Shown piece by piece: positions 27,196 through 32,000 of a stretch of DNA of 32,000 nt. The DNA comes from Candidatus Electronema halotolerans (lineage in GTDB: Bacteria > Desulfobacterota > Desulfobulbia > Desulfobulbales > Desulfobulbaceae), in NCBI GenBank assembly GCA_942493095.1, contig OW818675.1, forward strand, positions 870,001 to 902,000, written 5' to 3'. Positions within the stretch are counted from its first letter, which is position 1. The number at the start of each line of letters is the position of its first letter. The notes below the pieces were generated by a model. The model was not told the origin of the DNA. It was given only the letters and a program-made list of their open reading frames with translations, and searched no databases. A program made the translations under genes and the position numbers.

Positions 27196-28890
27196 TCATT
27201 CTTGCTTCTGAGCCTTCTCCCAGCTGTCCCGCAAGGTGACAATCCGATTAAAGACCGGCCTGCCGGGTTGGCTTTCCTTGCTGTCCAAGCAGAAATAACC
27301 CTGCCGCTCGAACTGGAAGCGGTCGTCCAGCGTTGCCGCGCTCAGAGAAGGCTCGACAATGCTGTTCTTGAGCACGTTGCAGGAATCAGGGTTGATGAAT
27401 TCCTTAAAGTCACGCTCCTTGTCCGCATCCGGGCTTTCCACGCTGAATAGGCGGTCATAGAGACGGAGTTCTGCCAAGATGCCGTGCCGGGCGGAAACCC
27501 AGTGGATGGTGCCTTTGACCTTGCGTCCGTCCGGGGCCGAGCCGCCGCTGCTGGCTGGATCGTATGTGCAATGCAGCTCAACGACCTCGCCGTTCTCATT
27601 CTTGACCGCCTTCTGACAGGTGATCAGATAGGCATAGCGCAGGCGCACCTCGCGGCCCTCTGATAGACGGAAGAACTTTTTAGGCGCGTTCTCCATGAAG
27701 TCAGCGCGCTCCACATAAATTTCCCGGCAGAAGGGCAGCTTGCGGGTGCCCATGTCCGGGTTCTGCGGGTGATTCTGTCCCTCAAACTCCTCTGTCTTGT
27801 CTTCCGGGTAATTGGTGATGATTACCTTGAGCGGCTCCAAAACTCCCATCACCCTGGGCGCATGGATGTTGAGATCATCGCGGACAGCATTTTCCAAGAC
27901 ACCCATGTCAATCCACGATTCCCGCTTGCCCACGCCGACTGTGGCGCAGAAGCTGCGGATTGAGGCGGGCGTGTAGCCACGCCGACGCAGGCCGGAAATG
28001 GTCAGCATCCGGGGGTCATCCCAACCATCCACATACTTCTCATTGACTAATTGCAGGAGTTTGCGCTTGCTCATCACCGTGTAGCTGATGTTCAGGCGGG
28101 CGAACTCGTACTGGCGCGGGTGACAGGGCGTGTTCAGGGTGTCCAAGACCCAGTCGTACAAAGCGCGGTTGTTCTCAAACTCCAAGGTGCAGATGGAGTG
28201 GGTGATGCCCTCAATCATATCCGAAAGGCAGTGGCAGAAATCGTACATCGGGTAGATGCACCATTTGTCGCCGGTGCGGTGATGGTGCTTCTTCATGATC
28301 CGGTAGATGGCCGGGTCGCGCATGATGATGTAGGGCGAGGCCATGTCGATCTTGGCCCGCAGCGTGCAGGTTCCTTCTGCCAGCTCACCGTTGCGCATCT
28401 GGGCGAACAGGGCAAGATTCTCTTCCACCGAACGATTGCGGTACGGGCTTTCCTTGCCCGGCTCAGTCAAGGTGCCGCGATACTCGCGCATCTCCTCGCC
28501 GCTCAGGTGGCAGATATATGCCTTGCCCAGTTTGATGAGCTGGACGGCAAAATCGTGGAGCTGGTCGAAATAGTCTGAGGCATAATAGCGATGCTCGCCC
28601 CAGTCAAAGCCGAGCCAGCGCACGTCCCGCTGGATGGATTCAACGTACTCAACCGATTCCTTGCTGGGGTTGGTGTCGTCAAAGCGCAGGTGGCAGACCC
28701 CGTTGTTCTCCTTGGCAATGCCGAAGTTCAGGCAGATGGACTTGGCATGGCCGATGTGCAGGAAGCCGTTCGGCTCCGGCGGGAAGCGGGTGACGATTTT
28801 CGTGTGCTTGCCAGTGGCAAGGTCTTCGGCAACAATCTGCCGGATGAAATCAAGGGGCTTGTCAGGGGAGCTGGAGGTTTCAGCAGTCAT
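27196..28890 (-). CDS. glnS: Glutaminyl-tRNA synthetase
   Basis: [26 protein letters not shown] (HIGH motif), [26 protein letters not shown] (KMSKS-like MSKR), KGTIHWVSA. Confidence 0.95.
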   Translation of the reverse strand: MTAETSSSPDKPLDFIRQIVAEDLATGKHTKIVTRFPPEPNGFLHIGHAKSICLNFGIAKENNGVCHLRFDDTNPSKESVEYVESIQRDVRWLGFDWGEHRYYASDYFDQLHDFAVQLIKLGKAYICHLSGEEMREYRGTLTEPGKESPYRNRSVEENLALFAQMRNGELAEGTCTLRAKIDMASPYIIMRDPAIYRIMKKHHHRTGDKWCIYPMYDFCHCLSDMIEGITHSICTLEFENNRALYDWVLDTLNTPCHPRQYEFARLNISYTVMSKRKLLQLVNEKYVDGWDDPRMLTISGLRRRGYTPASIRSFCATVGVGKRESWIDMGVLENAVRDDLNIHAPRVMGVLEPLKVIITNYPEDKTEEFEGQNHPQNPDMGTRKLPFCREIYVERADFMENAPKKFFRLSEGREVRLRYAYLITCQKAVKNENGEVVELHCTYDPASSGGSAPDGRKVKGTIHWVSARHGILAELRLYDRLFSVESPDADKERDFKEFINPDSCNVLKNSIVEPSLSAATLDDRFQFERQGYFCLDSKESQPGRPVFNRIVTLRDSWEKAQKQE

Positions 28891-29162
28891 ATTTGCAACT
28901 GGAGGTGGACTTTTTGTAAGTCTGAATTCGTATGATTATACTCTTCAAATAACTGATATTAAAAAACAAGACTCAAGAGTATTCTAAAAGCAGCCACCAA
29001 GCCATTTTCAGAGCTTCTGGATGAGAGCTGCCAAGGCCTGAGTCTTGCCGAGAGGTACTATATCCAAGTGGAGCGAAAAAAGAAAGTGTCCCAAGGCAAG
29101 ACCGCACAGATGAGAGGACGTTCTCTGGGTGCATAATTTCTTGTGAACGTAACGGTTCATCA

Positions 29163-29405
29163 GTGCTGAAAAAAAACAAAGAAGACGGCATGAACACCGT
29201 CGCGGTCACGGATCACGGGATTGCCGCCTTCCAAGTGGCCGAAAACGTTGCTGCGGAGCGCGTCCGCAAAGACAGGATGCAGACTTTTGATTTGAAAAAA
29301 TTTGTTCGCAGCTTTAAGCTGCAAGAGGCAGGCATTGGGCCGAGGGAGGTGCTGGCAAAAATGCGCTGCCTTGGCAGAAAAGCAGGCAGTGATGGTGGAG
29401 ATTAG
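29163..29405 (+). CDS. Hypothetical small protein (weak)
   Basis: 80-aa ORF; MNTVAVTDHGIAAFQVAENVAAERVRKDRMQTFDLKKFVRSFKLQEAG. No recognisable domain. Confidence 0.25.
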   Translation: MLKKNKEDGMNTVAVTDHGIAAFQVAENVAAERVRKDRMQTFDLKKFVRSFKLQEAGIGPREVLAKMRCLGRKAGSDGGD

Positions 29406-29686
29406 GGCTGTCATTGAATATATTTATGAGTTACGCAGTTGGAAAAAAGTGTCGAAGTGCCGCATGGCCTGATCAGGGCACCAAAAAAAGCCGTATTTAC
29501 AACGATATGATTTATCAGGAACAAGTCATGCGTTTGCCTTGTGGATGTTGACTGGTGCGGCACGGTTGTCTGGCCGGGCAATATTGACATTGCCCCGGAG
29601 AAAGAGCGACGATAAAAATAATTTGAGGAGAACACTCTGTATCCTCTCATAATCTTCCTTTGCTTCTGCGAGGCTATTAAACTACG

Positions 29687-30040
29687 ATGAAAAAACTTAT
29701 GATTCTTAAATTGTATTCGATTCCTATTGCATTTACAATAGGATCCTGTTTGACGTTTTACACATTTGGCATCTGTATCCCAAATATCCTTCAAGGACCT
29801 GTTGTGTTTTCAACGTTGAGCGAAAATTCTGTATCACTTGCCCCTGTCGTATTTCTGATCGGGATGTTGTTAGCGTTATTGTCCGCGATATGTCCTTCAG
29901 TTCGGCTATACAAATGGCTTGAAGGCGAAACGGATGGAATGGAACTCTGTCCACATTGTGGAGGGTTAACTGATGATAAAACTGGTCGCTATGGTCCATA
30001 CAGAAAATGTCTGGCTTGCGGAAAAAATAGCAAAAGATAA
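29687..30040 (+). CDS. Small membrane protein with two TM helices and C-terminal zinc ribbon
   Basis: SIPIAFTIGSCLTFYTFGICIP and VSLAPVVFLIGMLLALLSAICPS hydrophobic segments; CPHCGGLTDDKTGRYGPYRKCLACGK. Confidence 0.5.
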   Translation: MKKLMILKLYSIPIAFTIGSCLTFYTFGICIPNILQGPVVFSTLSENSVSLAPVVFLIGMLLALLSAICPSVRLYKWLEGETDGMELCPHCGGLTDDKTGRYGPYRKCLACGKNSKR

Positions 30041-30151
30041 TAGGTTGATCGTATCCCGCGATACGTTCAACCGCCCTGAACATCGCTTGAACGAACCTTG
30101 GCCGCCGTTTTTCGCCTCCGGCGGGCGGAAGAACGGCATGAGAAATCCGCA

Positions 30152-30179
30152 GTAAGGGCAATTCATGAATTGCCCTTAC
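30152..30179. repeat. Perfect 28-bp palindrome of the same family as 15128-15157
   Basis: gtaagggcaattcatgaattgcccttac. Confidence 0.85.
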
Positions 30180-30217
30180 GCCAGCATACGCCAACAAGCA
30201 CCCAAAGGGGGAGTCTG

Positions 30218-32000
30218 ATGCTCTCAAAGTTTTTCCTTGACCGGCCCGTCTTTGCTTGGGTCATTGCCATCATCATCATGACCGTGGGCGCACTGGCCAT
30301 CCACCAGATGCCCATCTCCCAATATCCGCCCATTGCGCCGCCTGCCATCGCCATTGATGCTTTTTTTCCGGGCGCGTCCGCCGAGACCGTGGAGAACACC
30401 GTCACTCAGATTGTCGAGCAGAAGATGACCGGGCTGGACGACATGATCTATCTCTCCGGCACCAGTTCCTCATCCGGCTCGTCGCGGGTGGAGCTGACCT
30501 TTGCCGCTGGAACTGATCCTGATTTGGCCTGGGCCAAGGTGCAGAACAAGCTCCAGCTCGCCCTTGCCAGCCTGCCGGACGTGGTCCAGCGTTCTGGGGT
30601 GCAGGTGAGCAAATCCACCCGCAACTGGCTGCTCATTCCGGCCCTGATCTCGGAAGACGGCAGCATGGACAGCAACGACCTCCAGGACTATGCCCAGTCC
30701 AATCTGGAGAAGGTGCTGGCCCGCATCCCCGGTGTCGGTGAGGTGAATTCCTTTGGTTCTCAGTACGCCATGCGCATCTGGATCAACCCTGACAAGCTGA
30801 CCAGTTACAGCCTGACCTTTGCCGACGTGATGACCGCCCTGCGCTCCTATAACGTGGAGGTCTCAGCCGGGCAGCTTGGCGGCACTCCGGCTGAGGCGGG
30901 CCAGCGGCTCAATGCGCCCATTGTTGTCCAGCATCTGCTCCAGACCCCGGAGGAATTTGCCGAGATACCAATCCGTATTAACCAAGATGGCTCGGCAGTG
31001 CGGGTTAAAGATGTGGGCCGGGCTGAATTAGCCATTGAGCGCAGCGACTCGGTGGTGCGGAGCAACGGCAGGCCCGCCGCAGGCATGGCAGTGCGGCAGG
31101 CTGCCGGAGCCAATGCCTTGGCCACGGCCACTGCGATCAAGGCAAAACTGGAGGAGATGAGCAAGTTCTTCCCGCCCGGCATAAAGGTGATCTATCCCTA
31201 CGACACCACGCCCTTCACCAAGGTCTCGATTCACGAGGTGATCAAGACCCTGTTCGAGGCGATTTTTCTCGTCTTCATCATCATGTACGTGTTCATGGGC
31301 AACATCCGGGCCACGCTCATTCCGACCATTGCCGTGCCCGTGGTCCTGCTCGGCACCTTTGCCGTGCTTGGCTTTGCCGGATACTCGGTCAATATGCTGA
31401 CCATGTTCGCGATGGTTCTGGCCATTGGTCTGCTGGTGGATGATGCCATTGTCGTGGTGGAAAACGTGGAGCGCATCATGAGCGAAGAGGGATTGCCGCC
31501 CAAGCAGGCCACAGCCAAGTCTATGGACGAGATCACCAGCGCCCTGATCGGCATAGGCCTGGTCCTGTCGGCAGTCTTCGGGCCAATGGCTTTTTTCCCC
31601 GGCTCCACCGGCGTGCTCTACCGTCAGTTCTCTGTCACGCTGATTGCGGCCATGCTGTTCTCGGTGGTCGTGGCACTGATCCTGACCCCGGTGCTCTGCG
31701 CCTCCTTCCTCCGCCCGGTCAAGGCCGGACATGCGCCGTCGGAAAACGCCATATTCTTCATGCGCCCCTTCTTTGCCGTGTTCGAGTTCTTCTTCGGCGG
31801 CATCCGCAGCCTCTATGTGGGCTTTGTCGCCTTTTCCCTGAAGGTGAAATTCATCTTCATCATTTTCTATCTGCTCATTCTGGCCTTGGTCGGCTTCCTC
31901 TTCCAGCGGATGCCCACTTCCTATATCCCGGATGAGGATCAGGGCATGGTTTTGGTCCAGATCATGCTGCCTTCCGGTGCCACTCTGGAGCAGTCAGAAG
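30218..32000 (+). CDS. RND multidrug/hydrophobe efflux transporter, AcrB/MexB (HAE1)-like (partial, runs off window end)
   Basis: MLSKFFLDRPVFAWVIAIIIMTVGALAIHQMPISQYPPIAPPAIAIDAFFPGASAETVENTVTQIVEQKMTGLDDMIYLSG...VGEVNSFGSQYAMRIWINPDKL...NMLTMFAMVLAIGLLVDDAIVVVENVERIMSEEGLPPKQA. Absent from the ORF track because it has no stop in the window. Confidence 0.93.
   Translation, partial: MLSKFFLDRPVFAWVIAIIIMTVGALAIHQMPISQYPPIAPPAIAIDAFFPGASAETVENTVTQIVEQKMTGLDDMIYLSGTSSSSGSSRVELTFAAGTDPDLAWAKVQNKLQLALASLPDVVQRSGVQVSKSTRNWLLIPALISEDGSMDSNDLQDYAQSNLEKVLARIPGVGEVNSFGSQYAMRIWINPDKLTSYSLTFADVMTALRSYNVEVSAGQLGGTPAEAGQRLNAPIVVQHLLQTPEEFAEIPIRINQDGSAVRVKDVGRAELAIERSDSVVRSNGRPAAGMAVRQAAGANALATATAIKAKLEEMSKFFPPGIKVIYPYDTTPFTKVSIHEVIKTLFEAIFLVFIIMYVFMGNIRATLIPTIAVPVVLLGTFAVLGFAGYSVNMLTMFAMVLAIGLLVDDAIVVVENVERIMSEEGLPPKQATAKSMDEITSALIGIGLVLSAVFGPMAFFPGSTGVLYRQFSVTLIAAMLFSVVVALILTPVLCASFLRPVKAGHAPSENAIFFMRPFFAVFEFFFGGIRSLYVGFVAFSLKVKFIFIIFYLLILALVGFLFQRMPTSYIPDEDQGMVLVQIMLPSGATLEQSE

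Noticed and set aside
28973-29209. 78-aa minus-strand ORF between glnS and 29163
   Set aside because: No SD, no recognisable domain and low-complexity composition. The region may hold degraded sequence, but I could not identify a parent gene.

Overview
The window looks like a chromosomal segment from a GC-rich, probably sulfate-reducing/Desulfobacterota-like anaerobe (taxonomy is inferred from gene content only). Positions 1-7955 (+) hold a tightly packed cluster: a partial CDS, a zinc-ribbon/TM/LysM protein, a TPR-like protein and a J-domain-like small protein. A 1460-aa SF1 helicase with a C-terminal Vsr/MTES-like nuclease domain follows. Positions 8035-19945 (-) hold a Wood-Ljungdahl (CODH/ACS) locus: acsC, an embedded YoeB-type toxin-antitoxin pair, acsB, a single ORF fusing MetF to AcsD through a long Ala/Lys/Glu-rich linker, cooS/acsA, folD, a DUF3786-like protein with a CFeSP-type FeS domain, and three tandem near-identical 2[4Fe-4S] ferredoxins. 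Next come an outer-membrane beta-barrel protein with a clear terminator (+), a split AAA-kinase/aminoglycoside-phosphotransferase-like pair (-), and a two-gene locus of paralogous cytoplasmic-looking trypsin-like proteases, the second fused to a class-3 lipase (+). The window ends with glnS (-), a small membrane zinc-ribbon protein (+) and the 5' part of an RND (AcrB/MexB-like) pump (+). The best candidates for something new are the MetF-AcsD fusion, which may also have an internal translation start, and the trypsin / trypsin-lipase pair. Product calls come from reading motifs by eye. No database searches were run.
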